DNA of 64,000 nucleotides from Lingula anatina. Lineage: Eukaryota; Animalia; Brachiopoda. Within the stretch, counting starts at the first letter, position 1. Each line of letters starts with the position of its first letter. A program made the translations under genes and the position numbers. The notes beneath the pieces are model-generated. The model was not told the origin of the DNA. It ran no database searches and saw only the letters and a program-made list of their open reading frames with translations. Shown here piece by piece: positions 31,357 to 45,354 of this stretch. Location of the stretch: NCBI GenBank assembly GCA_051362555.1, contig CM120645.1, positions 8,804,001 to 8,868,000 of the forward strand. Direction: 5' to 3'.

Positions 31357-31500
31357 CAGGTGCGGATCCAGGATTATTTGAAGGGGGGATCCTCCCCCTA
31401 CTCCCCACCCACCACCCCCGGTTGGCATGGACCGCTGAAGGGTAGAAGTTTTGGTATTTCAGAGGGCGAACGGTGCCATTTGGTACGGTTAAGTACAAAA
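31357..31500 (+). mobile_element. Fragment of a short interspersed MITE-like element (inverted homolog at ~24780-24948)
   Basis: caggtgcggatccaggattatttgaa matches the reverse complement of ttcaaataatcttggatccacccctg. cgaacggtgccatttggtacggttaag matches the reverse complement of cttaaccgtgccaaatggcaccgttcg. Confidence 0.6.
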
Positions 31501-32482
31501 TCAGCAAGTCAAAATTCCTATTCTAAGAGGGGAATATTGGTGTGATTTTTTCACAAACCGAAGTGGGGTTTCTTTCTTTTCTTTCTTTTTTTTGAAGGTG
31601 TGCAGGGGTCAGAGATGACATTGGTGATGAAATTTGACGAGAAAGGTTGGACATGTAAGTCACTTTCCAGACATACAGTAGATGTAAGTAATTTAGGTAA
31701 AATACTGTACGATCGAGTTGCAAACCCGCAAGTGATTTATCTGGCTCAAACCATTTTGGTTGGCTACTACATGCATATATGCTGCCCTTGCGATATTTTA
31801 CTCCTACATGTACTTGCAATCACGTCACGAGGAAGAACGAGCGCGAACACTTGTCTGAGACGCAGTTTTTTTGTAAGTCTGTGATAGAGAAACTATCCAA
31901 GATATTTATAGATCTTCATATTAGTCGCCGGGCGTGGGAGAAACATGGTCATCTTGGGGGCCATTTGTGATCATTTTTAAAAAATCTATGAATACTATAT
32001 ATATATATAGGCCTAATATTAGGGGCCGGGCCTACATCACAATATAAGACATAGGCCTATATAAACATTTATACCAGATGGGCCTGTAACGCATAAGAAA
32101 TATTTTACACGCAAATGTCAAAGAAATATTTCAACAGTGAAAGATTCCTAAAAATTATAAATAAATGAATACATGTACCATACTGCAGAACAATACTTCT
32201 TACCAGATGACAATTATATGTGGGGATATTAAAAAAATATTTCTTATGCGTGGGTATTAACTTGACCAAGTATAAAGATAAGTTTTTTTCACTCATATAC
32301 AAACAGGCATGTGAGTCTGTCTTAAGTTTATCTTTTTTTTAAAGACAACAGGAATTTGTGTTCGTTCTTAGCCCTCGTCCATGATAACTTTATGCATTTC
32401 CCCAAAAATCCACCAAAACACTATACGAGCTTGTCTTGGCTTATGAAGAGTAATATAAAGGAGGCAGGAAACTGCCAGACAG

Positions 32483-32510
32483 TTGGCGGGAGAAACAAAT
32501 ATGGCGGCAG
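32483..32510 (+). promoter_or_regulatory. Putative FANCD2 promoter/first exon with E2F-like and YY1 motifs
   Basis: TTGGCGGGAGAAA (E2F-like) is followed by AATATGGCGGC (YY1 consensus AANATGGCGGC) and the donor CAG|GTAGGT. A matching acceptor ttcccag at 33007 precedes the start exon. Confidence 0.55.
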
Positions 32511-32591
32511 GTAGGTCACCCACATCCGTATGGTCAATATGTGTCTGTATAGAGTAACACTGGCCAGATTAACTTAAAACACACACGTCTG

Positions 32592-32625
<34 letters not shown>

Positions 32626-33074
32626 GGGGGGGCTAAAACATGCTAATACATTTTCGCCAGCTCGTGTTTGTTTGTGTCTACATCACGTCCAAGATATATT
32701 ATACTCAGTCTTATTGAGTTGTAAACTTTAAAATAGATGTCTATAAAAATATTGCACCAGTTTCAGAGATTGACAACTTGATAACATGGCTGTTACAGAA
32801 GAGGGTCACCTAAATGCTTGACGTGGTCAGTTAATTTTGATTGGTACAATGGGGCTTGAGAAAGTTACCTAACCCCCCTCCCTCTATAATTAGTTTAATA
32901 ATGTGTTAGGCTATGTCTGGTACAGTATACAGTAGATTACTATGAGGCTTGGTATGAAAAGGGCTTAAATTTTTTGTTTGTAATCCACCTTTGACTTCGT
33001 TTCCCAGGTTTCGTGACACCTTTATAATCTACTGAAAGAAAAGGAGTGTTATTTACATAGACATTGCAGTTAAC

Positions 33075-36000
33075 ATGGCCAGGAGTAAAAGGAAATCATC
33101 AGAAGTTGACAGTGCAACAACAGTGAAAGGTACATGTACTTGACGTATTTCTTGATTTATTTTATCTTTCTTAGGGTCGGGGTCACATGTGTTTGTATGC
33201 ATGTGTGAACTCTCTCAACACCTCACATGTACAGTTCACACTAACATGTACTCACACACACACACACAGCAGGCACACACCCATTCTATGGGAATTATGC
33301 TTTAGCATTGGATTTGGCCTTAAAAAGCAGGACACCCTGCGCCCCCCCCCTCCCCCCCCCAATATAAAAGTACTAATTAAGTCAAAATGTCTGTGTTGAA
33401 ATGCATTGTCATAAATAAAATGCTTTTAAAGGAAATATCCTCTTTTTCATAGAGGTACAGTTAAATATGCATTTGTGCCAGTATTTGTGTGATTATATCA
33501 GAAATTGTTATATATTTCTCCTGTTTTTATTTTAGCCAAGCGACAGAGGTCCAGTAGAGTTGACCCATGTCCAGTTCAGGAAGAAGGTCTACTTGGACAG
33601 TTGGTCAGCAAAGCTGGACTGACCATTATGTCTAAGAACAGACCAAATGAACTAAGTAGGTGACCATCTAGGATTCTTTTTATTTTTATTTTTTTTGCAA
33701 AGTTGCATGTGTTGGATGTTATTTTATTTTTTTGCAACTGCTGTAAATTAAAATTGGTGAAAAATGAGTTAAAGAATGAAAAAAAAACTTAATGAATGAA
33801 AATAGAGATTTATTCAATAATATGCTTATTTGTCCCAGTCTTAGAGTATGAAAAGAAAGATCATTGTTATTTGACTATTTTAGGTAATAGGGCTGTTTTG
33901 ACTAGTTTTGAATTGTGAACATAAAACAATTATGAACTTTTGCTTGCAGCCAGTATGATGTTGTACAGACCTCAGCCAGTTATTTTATTTTTGGTTTGGC
34001 TATAGGTGTAGACCCTGCTGTATTCCAAAGGAACCTGACCTTGGCTTTGAAACGACATCCTGATTTTCCGATGGTAAGACCTATAGAAAGAGTCACATTT
34101 GATCTATAGAAAAATGAGATTATGATGGGCAGACTTAGATTTAGATGATCGTTTTAGAGATATTCAGATTTTTTTCCAAAAACAAAAAGCAAAAAATTAG
34201 ATTTACTTTTCACTGTACAGCTTTGAACCACAATGCGTGTTATTATGTATTATTTGCTCAATGACATAAAAATATCTTGGTTTAGTAAATTACCATTAAA
34301 TAATAACATCCAATTTTCTTGAACAGGTGGTTGAAGAGTTCATCAGTGCTATTCAGAGTCATATAGCTGACCAAAAGAGGCAAGTAAAAGAATACTGTAT
34401 AAAATTTTGCCATTTAAAAAAATTTAAACAATAGAAAAAATTAAATGAATGTCAAGTGTAGAATTTTTTGGACTGGTTAAATAATAATGTGGAAGGATGT
34501 CAAGTGAAGAATGCAGAGAGTTAAAAATTGTGAACTGCCCCTAATTTACCAGCAGAAGTTCTTTGAAGTAACATTTTAAAAACAATGCGCTTGTTAATTG
34601 TCTTGATGAGTTAATCCCTGTGATTGCAGTGACCTAGTCGGCATTATAATGATTCTTTCAAGAATAGGATTTTAATTCTGACAACAAAAACTTAATAGAG
34701 ATGAACAAAAATCTGATGAAAGTATAATGAATAAAATAATGTGTCAGAAGGGAAAATTTTGAAGAGGTAAACTGGTCTGTAATATATTTCTAGGTTTTAC
34801 TGGAGTTTGATGCCTACGGGTGTGGATGCGGATAGTGAGAATGTTTCTAGAGCAGGAGCACAGGACAGTTTGCTTAGGCTCCTTTTGGGCATTGATCTGA
34901 TTCAGGTAAGGAATGAAATCTGTTGTGTTTCATGGTTCTGTCTATTAAAGAACGGAGTCTTCTCAAGTGTCCATTTTCCATTCAGTAATTTATAAATCAT
35001 TGTACTTTTTTCGATAACTGTGAAAATGTTTTATTTTACTTTAAAAAATATTGACTTGTTTTAGCCTGCTGTGATGAAGATGTTACTGGAGAAACTGCCA
35101 GAATTCACTGAAGATCAAGAGTAGGTATCAGACTGTAGATGGCAGCACCTTACATTTACTCCCAATTCCAACTTTGATCTCCTCCATGAAACCACATGTA
35201 AAAACTAAAAGCTTTCTTGTCAGGTTGGCACACCTAACACCAAACTACAGCAAATAAATTTTTTTGTTGATAAAATTAATGTAATCTGTTAAATTATATG
35301 CATAGCTTATATGCATATATTTAGATTTTTTTCTTTGCTTTTATATCCTGACTATAGATGGAAGCACATGTACATATATCAGATTTAAGACATGACCTTT
35401 AATTCATAGTTTGCCTTTTGAATTTGATAAATTATGAAATGAAAGTAAGCAGATGTAACCTTGGATGTATTGTAAAGTTAGTTAAAGGTTCAACTGGTAT
35501 GTTCCTTTTTTCCATATACTGACATTCCTGTTAGTATGATGGAGTCATGGATTTCTTTACTTTCTGAATATAGATATATCATGCAGATGTAGATATAATT
35601 GTGTTATCAGTTCCCATGATGAAGCATAAAATGCAATTTCTTTCAGGTCAATTTTTGAACAAGGAGAAAAAGTTGACATGCCAAAACTGATAATGAATCA
35701 GTTCAGGTGGCTAGACAGAATAGTCAACAGCAAGGTAACTTTAAATTGCATGGAGTTATTTGTTTAACACTGATATGTCTGTCTGTTCATCCGCCTGTCC
35801 ATCCATCTTTTCATCTATCTAGCTGTTGCATTGGTATTCAAGCTTGACACCATGTTTTTACATGTAGCAACGAAGTTCTAATCTAGCAGTTCAGTTTGAA
35901 TCTATCAATATCTTGGATTGTTGTGTTATTCATAAAAAGTAAAAGTATGATGGAGTTCACAAGAATTGTTTTTAGTTAACTATGAATGCATAATGCTGGA

Positions 36001-39000
36001 TTTATGTTTCAAAGACTTGTCATATAAAATATCAAATTAAAGAAAAAAAATCACTAAATTTGAGTGAAAATGAATACAATTTGGCACATATGAGAATTGT
36101 TCTAAAATCATATTTGAACATAGTATGTTTTACATCTGTAAATGCAAGGATTTTTTATATGTTCTTGTTATACCCCTATATGAAGAAATAAATTAATATG
36201 ACTGCAGTTTTTTCTCCCCTTGAAAATATAAAAATGGATATAATATTGTTATTGTTATTCACAGGAACTGACAGATAAAATGATGGAAATAGTGAGTATT
36301 TCTTCGATGGATGTGCAGAGAGAGGTGATCACGTGTATACCTGAGGTGGTAGATGACACAGAGCATGGAGAGGTGGCACTGCAGCTCAAGTAAGGGGAAA
36401 ATGTTCGTCTGTCTGTCTGTCTGCACATTCACTTGTGGAAATTTATGTATCTTGGGTGTGTCCACAATGAATCTATCATACTTGCTACTCCACATTAACT
36501 CTATGGTAACTTGCTGAATCATATTATGACTAACATGCCTCCTCTTGTTTCCTACGTGCTGGTATAATCACCAGCATTTCTATATTCTACTCATTGCCAG
36601 GAGGAAGCTTGTTAGTCTGTTTCTCTGGTTGCAGTAGCTATTAGGATAGATTCATTGTAAACTCCATTTTTTTTAGAAGTGCCAGGAGTATTGTCAATAA
36701 AACAAGATCTATAGGTAAAGATTGTTTAAAATTAAGATTACATGTAACATGATGACCATAATTACTGCAGAAGTTTGGCAGTAAATTTTTTACCGTTTCC
36801 CATGCTTTTTTCTCTTAAAATATATTAATTAGTTTGTCTTTATTTCCAGGGATTTATTGACAGATAACAACCAGTTGATAGTTCCAATTCTTGATGCTCT
36901 GTCAAATTTAAGTCTTAAACCAGAACTGGCATCAGAGGTGACACCTACTTTCTATTTGTAATATTTATAATATGATTTTTTTATAGGTTAATACTGTACG
37001 AAGCTTATGAACACTAGAAAAGCTTTTTTTAAAGGATATAATATAAACACATTAGATTCAAACTTTCATTGCTATTCTGTAAGGATTTATATTATTATAA
37101 TAATATCAATAGTTCAATGACAGAAAGTGATCAAATAATATATTTAGTCAGTTCGAACCATGTACCAGCAGTATGACAGTTACATTGTGAACACAACTTA
37201 ACATGAATTTTTTTATAAATATCCAGATTCACATGACTTGTTTTGCAGGTGAAGGAGTCAGTCCTGCAGAGTCTCCCATCCATAGAACTGGACGACCTCC
37301 CGGTAGTGGTCAAGTTCTTACTGCAGACTGTGACCAGTCAGGACGCACAGGACGTGGTGTCCGAACTGAGAAACAACTTGGATTTCAACTCCAGCTTCCC
37401 GCCTACTTCATCTTCTACTCCGCATGGAAAAAGGGCTGCAACTGGAAGGTTGATATTGTACTTAATTAGTGAAATGATTATCACGTTAATTATAATAATA
37501 ATTATGATGATTATTAATAATTATATAAATATTCTAATTATTGTATTATTTTACAGATCATATTATTATGATTTTCATATTATCACTTATTTTAACAAAT
37601 AATTATTATTGTAATTAATATTACTACTATTGTTTTTGTATAAAAATCTTAAGATACTCATTCAGAAGTGAATTTATTGCAACAAAGGAAAAGACCTTTA
37701 CAACTCACAGATAAATGATCAGAAGATTAAACCATTGCTGCAACTTGGACCTACAAATATTACCAAAAGTCCTGAGTTGTTTACAAACACAGAATTTCTG
37801 AAACTGATGATTTCGAAATATATTCTTAACAAAACTTTACTCTCCTCCAGGGCAAGTGTGGCTCCAAGGGCTCCGCGGGGTGTAGAGGCGTTGACCTTGG
37901 ATGCCATCAAGTCTGCAGTCAGGTTTCAAAAGAATGTGGCAGAAGCATGGATTAAGGTAAAGGATTCATGCTGACAACAAGCTGTAATAAGATAATTTAC
38001 AAATAAGATTTCTAAAAACCAGACAACAAGATTTTCAACCATTTTGACTAGTTTCATAGGACCTCAGAATAACTTGTGAAAAAATCATGGTTTCTTCAGG
38101 TAGTACTCCTGAAATCTCTAGGCCCACTGCAGATATCAGTTAACATCCAAATGGTGGCTTTTGACAGAAGTGCTGATGTAATTTTTTCACTTTGCTCTCA
38201 TTGTTGTCAGCTGTTTTGTTTACTGTATTTTGTTTACTGATTTTTGTTTAATTTTTAAAAATTTGTTTACTTCTTTGTATCCAGGCAGTAGAGAGTGTTA
38301 AGACCCCCGGGGAACACAAAGTAATAGACATTCTGGTTCTGCTCGTGCTTCACTCAGCCAGCGCCAACAGGAAAAAACCAGTGGAAAGTCTTTTAAGAAA
38401 TAAAATCAGGGCGGGCCACTTCACAGAATTATTGCTGAGAGCGACCTTTGGGTCACATGGTCAGGTAAGGGACACCTGCTTGGGTCTAGCGTGGATTTTT
38501 TTTTTCCAAATGCTTGACTAGTCTTATTCTAATTTCACTAAGTAAAATGTAAAATATTTTATTATTTGTATGTATCTGTCAAAATGATATTGTTCATTAC
38601 ATACATGTATCTACTACAAATAAAAGGTAACTACTGAAAGTATCATAAAAATTTAGTTAAGATGAATAAGCCTTACTTTCTTTGATGTCTTTTGAATGAA
38701 CAGAAAAATAGTAATATTTCACTAGGTTATAAACTGGTAGTTTGTTAGAAGAATCAGAAAGCTACCTTTACTAAGCATAATAGTAATTTTTAGAACCAGC
38801 TAATTTGTCATTGTAATGTTTTTTCTTAGGTGCTGAGGGACTATTTTTCCTCCATCTTGTCTCTGGCTGAGGTGCTGTTGCGCTCACCTGAGCCAGCCGT
38901 GGCTTCCTTCGGATGTGCCATCTACAGACATGCTTTTGTCACATTTGACACTTACTGTCAACAGGTATATTACACTGTCATCTCTGACATGCTTTTGTCA

Positions 39001-42000
39001 CATTTGACACTTACTGTCAACAGGTATATTACACTGTCATCTCTGACATGGCATTGTTGGAATTCACATACTGTCAACTTCACATTGTCCATGCTGATAT
39101 GCCTTTGACATATTTGACATCCACTGTCAATAACCACGATACCTTTTATCATAAAACATGTCACAGTCATGTTTATCTCTTATAGTCAAGAGCTATGATG
39201 GCCGGCCATACACAATGTCAATGCTGTCAACTGACGTATATTTGTCACATTTGACTTATATTGTCAACAGATATTGTGTCATCAGCAGACATGTCATTGT
39301 GACAGCTGGCACATACTGTCAACTGACACCCCATTGTCACAATTGACACATGCTGTCAAAACTATGGCACAGTACCACCATAAGACACACTGACATCACA
39401 TTTGACACATGCTTGACATAATTTATTTACTGTTTTCTCCAGGAAATAGTTGGTAACCTGGTCACCCACATAGGGAGTGGTTTTCCCGGAGAGATCGACT
39501 GCTCCCTGGATGTGCTCGCTGAACTGGTGGAAAACAACCTGGAGAAGATGGTGCCATTTGCAATATTTGTCAAGGTAATTCTGAATTTTTGCCTTTTTTA
39601 TTTTGGTGAAACAGACCCCTGATGTTGCTGGAAAATTTGCCACAGCTAGTATATGCTAATCAAAACCAAAACTGAAGCAAAATGATTAGCTTTTGAGAAA
39701 AGACTCACAGTAAAAAGATCATGGCCATTTAATAAATACACTGTAGTGTTATGTGTGACAACTTAGTTATAGGAAGTAAAATTTGATATGTATTTTCTGC
39801 CATTTATTTCCAGGGAGTTTTAGATTACCTTGACAACTTAACAATGACCCAGATCAGAAAACTCTACGCCATGCTAAGTGTGTTAGCTTTTCGGAACTTC
39901 AGAGATGGGGGATTGATTCAGGTATGCCTTGACCACCACCGAGTTCAATACTTATTGTTAGAAGTATTCATTAGTATTTTGTTTAGTACAACTTTCTTCT
40001 TTTTTCATAATAACTATTAAAGACCTTTAATCCTAGAATATATATATCATCTAGTATAATTACACGTTTTACTTAATTTTGAAGTTTATTGTAACCAAAA
40101 AATCATAATTGGTACAAACAAAAAGTTTATGTATAAAACATTGTCAGATACCGTTTATGTTGATATTGCACCTATCATAAAATGTAAAATTTTTTGTTGG
40201 TTTGGTATTTAGTTTTATGCTCTAGATAATGGTACTGAGTTTGCTGATATGTTAATTGGATTTTTTGACTTGATTAATTGATTTAAATTGTATGGGGTTT
40301 TTCTGTTTCTTTAGGATGATATGCACATTCTGATCAGAAAGCAACTGTCAAATAATAGTACAAAGTGAGTATTTGCTTTAGGAAGGCAGTGGCAATTAAG
40401 AAAAAAACATCATCAAGTTAAGTGTCAAAAAATAAATATTATTTGGTCACTGACCTATACTTAATTTTGCTTTTAATTATAATTTTGAATTGATACAAAG
40501 TATTATTAAGTGTTAATTATGGAGCACTGGTCTTCCTCTGTAATTCCGGTATTTAAAATTTTTACTGATATATACTCAACATTTTTAATTGGGAAATAGT
40601 GCTCCGAGTTTTGTGAAATTTTGTATCAAGCTTCTTAAATTCTGAAGACTGCAGTCCTCTTGTTGAGATTTGGCTAGCATTCATAGATAGAGGGTGGAAA
40701 AAGATTTACAGACATAAATTATTATATTTCTAGATATAAGAAAATGGGAGTCATAGGTGCCATGATGGTTGTTAAGTGCCTCTCTGCAAACAGGTACAAT
40801 TTTAATCACATTTTTATAATTTTAAATTTGCCTCCATGTTGATAACACCAAGCTTGTAAAACAGACTTACATGTCACTTCATTGTCCATGATAAAGAAGC
40901 ATAAAGCTGACAGAATTATTCATCACTTTATAAATTTAAGTACATTGATCAATTCATCATGATCTAATACAAACAGATCCAATACAAATGCAAAAAGTTT
41001 TTTTTTCTCAACTAAATCCTCAGCCCTGGTGGAGGTGCAGACGAGTCTTCCACAGAGGTGACGATGTCAGACGAGATGTACAATCAGGTGGTGTCGTTGC
41101 TACAGTTAGTGCGCGCCAGTAGTAGCAAGAGTCCGGATGCAGCGGGTCTCTTCATGGATGAGCTGGGTAGTGTGGTGGAGCGAGGCGAGATAAATCAAAG
41201 GATCGAGGTGTGTTTTTCACGACTGTTACTTATTTAGGGATCTAAGTATTCTAAAATAGCAGTTTTGTATTGCAGTTTGAATAACTTTGCTGTGAGTCAT
41301 GTTAAAACTTTGTGAAATTGCAGCAGGCCAATCAGAAAAAATGTGCAAATATGGCATCTTGCTGATCTGGCAACATGCTGACTTCTACATCAGATTGATG
41401 ACATTATTTGAGCATTTTTGATATTTTTATACTTGTAAATGCCCCATATTATTTCAACAGATTTTATTAGATGTATTGATGCAAATATATTTACATATTT
41501 TTTTTTCTTCTAAAAAGGCCTGGATCAGTGAGAATGTGATCAGTGACTTCCAAGATGATTATGTAGTGGACATAGAAACAGGGGCCCCTAAAGAGTGAGT
41601 ACATGGTTTTAAACACTTGTTATTTTAATTTAAAAATATTAAAAAATATATTTAAAAATATAAAGCTGAGGTTGTATTTTGACTGAAAACAATTATATTT
41701 CCTTGATAAAATACTGTAATCAAGTTTTTTCCTTCTTACCTGTTAAATATAATATCAGTCCAATTTTCAGGGTCATTTTGTCATTTCAGTCCTTGAAATA
41801 AAGTACAAAAAAGTTGCAAAATTTCACATATTAATTTATCTCTCTCTCTTTTGTAACTTTATGTAGTTGTCTCCCTTCCCTGATTCCAGAGATGGAATGG
41901 TTCCCATGACACTGGAGTATGGTTTAGATGACACCAGTGAGGGCACCATAGCTGTTAATATCCTGCCTCTGGTAATACAAGATTACAGGCACAGGTCTCA

Positions 42001-42130
42001 CTCACTGCACAGTAAGGGGAAGGAACAGGAGAGGTAATTATAGTAGTTAATTTCACCTTCCTTCTTGCCTGCCTCTCACCTTTTTACCCTGCCCCACTCC
42101 TGACTGACACACACACGCACTAGTGCACGT

Positions 42131-42171
<41 letters not shown>

Positions 42172-42174
42172 GAC

Positions 42175-42209
<35 letters not shown>

Positions 42210-42212
42210 GAC

Positions 42213-42250
<38 letters not shown>

Positions 42251-45200
42251 ACACAGAAAAACAGAAAAATAATTTTGATAATTTTAAGTTTTTAAAAGAT
42301 CAGAAAAGATGAGGATTTATCCATAGGATTTGTCTTCAGTGTTTTTTCTCTTTCAGACATGTGTCTCCCCTGTGTTTATCTCCACAGTTTAGAGTACTGC
42401 AGATATGTGAAAGGCGACAGCAGCAAGGGGACTTAGAAGGCATAGATGCTTTACTAGGTAAGACGATCTGTGCCAAAACATTTCAATCTACAGGTCTACT
42501 ACCAGTAGCTTTTAATAGCCTGCTCACAAAGAACAGAAACAGTCATGTATAAATATTTTGATTTGATTTTAATGGTTTTTGGCAAGGGACTAGTGATAAA
42601 GGCATACAGTGCACACTAGAACTTAAAAGTTATAGAAAAAAAATAGTGGAAAGTTTTGTCATTCTTTTAATCACCAATGTATACCATTGAGATAATTACT
42701 TTTAAATTTCTCACTCATGGTTGAAATTTGTATCATCCAAATTGCAGTATATATTTTGACCAAATAATAATATGAAGTAATTCAATTATAAATTTAACAA
42801 AAATTGTTTACATTCTGTACCATATTGGAAGCTTTCAAGCAGTTAGTTAAATCTATCATGCATAGTGGGTTTATGCTCTGAAATTTTTATGCCAGTTGAA
42901 TGAACTTTAATCTGGAGGAGAGTGATTGTGTTAGCTGTACCGGTACATTCACCACAATTGAGTTCACCACCTGTCATCTGGGTAGAAAGTAAATTAATTT
43001 TTCATTTCTTTAATTTGCTTCTTTCTGTGTATGATCTATTGTTAAATAACTGCCTTGATGTTCAGGTGCATGTATAATTTCAGATTGTCCGGTTTATTTC
43101 CCCAAACCTGAAGTATTTGAGAAGTTTCTTAGATATTGATGTCTAGTTGTATGTATAATTTCAGGTTGTCCGGTTTATTTCCCCAAACCTGAAGTATTTG
43201 AGAAGTTTGAGGTTCTCTCACAGGAGGAGAAAACAGTAGTTTGCACCACTCTGTTCCACACTGTGAACTGGTTCAGAGAGGTAATGACAACTTAGTTAAT
43301 TTTACTCTGTCTTTTTCTCACACTGCTGCCTCAATACCCTCATTTTGTAAGGTGTGATCATTTCCATTAACACTTATGTACTATTATAGATATTTCTGCT
43401 TCTTTTTATATTCCTATTGTTTAATCATACCAACTATTGACAAATATACACGAAAATACAAAGAGCAAATTATAAAAAGTGGTCCATTTTCACTCGATTT
43501 TGCTGAAAGTAGTGGGAATGTTGCCTCCACTACAGACCGGAATCAGTGGATAGATTGAGGTGCAATCTTAGGAGAATGAAACTACTGCAATAATTTGTTG
43601 GAAAAATTTTTTGAATTAAGTGAATAGATAGTAGAAAATGAGGCTATATTGACCTTTGTAGCCACTGAAATAATAGAGATGCAAAAAAAGAAAGATTATT
43701 ATTAAAATTAATTAGTGTAAATTAGTGTGAAATTTTTAAATTTTTACACTTTTAACTTATTTCCCTTAACTGTGTGACATATATACCATTTATGTCTGAT
43801 TGTTTTTTATTTATTATTTTTTATACCTAATAATTGTAATTATTATTATTTTTTGAAACCCTTATCATGTCAAAAATCTAATATTAATGTTAACTATCAA
43901 TTACAATTGAATTATTCTGCCAGGTCATCAATGCATTTGCAACCCAGAATGACCCAGAAATGAAGGGCAAGGTCATCAATCGGCTTCAGAACATTACACA
44001 GACACATAAACTGATGGAAAAATGTTTGGCAGGTAAAAAAAATGAAATTTTCTGATCACAGAACTCTTTTAAGTATTACCTAGTTCTCAAATCTCTACTT
44101 AAAAGCTCCACTTTTTCAGAAAAAGAACCATGGCCTGCTCCTTTTTGAAATTCCTGTAATTACTTCTAAATGTTCAGAAGATGGTACAATTCCAGAAGTG
44201 GAGGAGACACAATTTTAGATTTCTTTGCTTTGATCCCTGATAACAATTTATATGTGTTGTCTCTGATTATTTGTAGCCACTTTGACCTATGCACCACCTC
44301 CAGCTCACTTTGATGTAGACGATGGCCAAGACAAGCCAGTGTCCATGTCTGGAGCAGTGAAAAAAGGAAAGAAAACAGCAGGAAAAGGGTATATTTCATA
44401 AAAAAAATCATTTTTTATGATTTTCTAAAAATTTTGTTACCTTCTTACAAAAAAAGTTTGGGAAGCAAAAAGATCATAGTTGTACACTATTCTATTAATA
44501 GAAGGGGCACGTGATTACCATATACTGAATAAATTACAGGGACAAATTAAAGCACTTTTAAATACTTTTGTTAGATGTTTGTCCATGTGGAAGTTATATT
44601 TCAACCAATTTCATTCATCTTTATAATAGGAGGAAGAAAGAAAGTAGTAGCATATCCAAAGACGATTCTGATGAAAGTAAAGATTCCACACAAATTGAGA
44701 AGGTACTTGATAATGTTTATTATTGGATATTTATTTATATTTATAGTATTGGTATCATTTATATTATTATATTATAATAATGATGAAATGCCTGTTAAAT
44801 GTTCATGGTATAGAGTTATAATAACAATTGAGGATTCATAGTTGGAATCATATAAAGTCTGGCATAATGTAGAAACAAACAAGAATTTTTAAGGGATTTA
44901 GAGGAGAGTGGGGTCAGATATAATGGCAGACTGGCAAGTGCAGCAAATAAAAGCTGCCATTTTTATTCAGAAATATTTCCTGGTCATTTTCTTGTTGTTT
45001 TGTTGGAGTGCAGTCTATTGCACAAATGTCTGCATTCATTGTGATTTATGGGTCACTATTGTATTGCTGTCTCAGACAATATTTTAACTTCATAGAGTAA
45101 TATATGCAGTAACCATTATCACTTAAAAGTTGACCCCACCTTAAGTGGAATTTTGCACATGGTTTAGTCTGGTGTGAAGTCATGCCAGGGACAGATTTAG

Positions 45201-45322
45201 GCCGTCTTCTGGGTCTTCTGGAAGACGGTCAGATTTTTAAGTTTACATAGACAAGTATCTAATTTTTTTGTCGGAAGGCTGTCAAAAGTGAGGATGGATC
45301 AACAAATATAATTTGGAAGAAA

Positions 45323-45354
<32 letters not shown>

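Larger units (their letters stand above)
18061..31960. repeat. Tandem segmental duplication (~6-7 kb unit; two gene-bearing copies, spacer present three times)
   Basis: Matching positions: 18061~23751, 19805~26521, 22418~29182, 23122~29826. The spacer (cccacagctgcc...tttcacactaagc) occurs at ~18240-18850, 23940-24560 and 30465-31045. Segment 19180-19520 recurs at 25310-25560 and 31610-31960. Confidence 0.92.

Noticed and set aside
38927-39420. CRISPR-like appearance of repeated units
   Set aside because: Head-to-tail tandem repeats without unique spacers, in a eukaryotic intron, with no cas genes.
42053-42250. CV-repeat ORF
   Set aside because: Translation of a (TG)n microsatellite.
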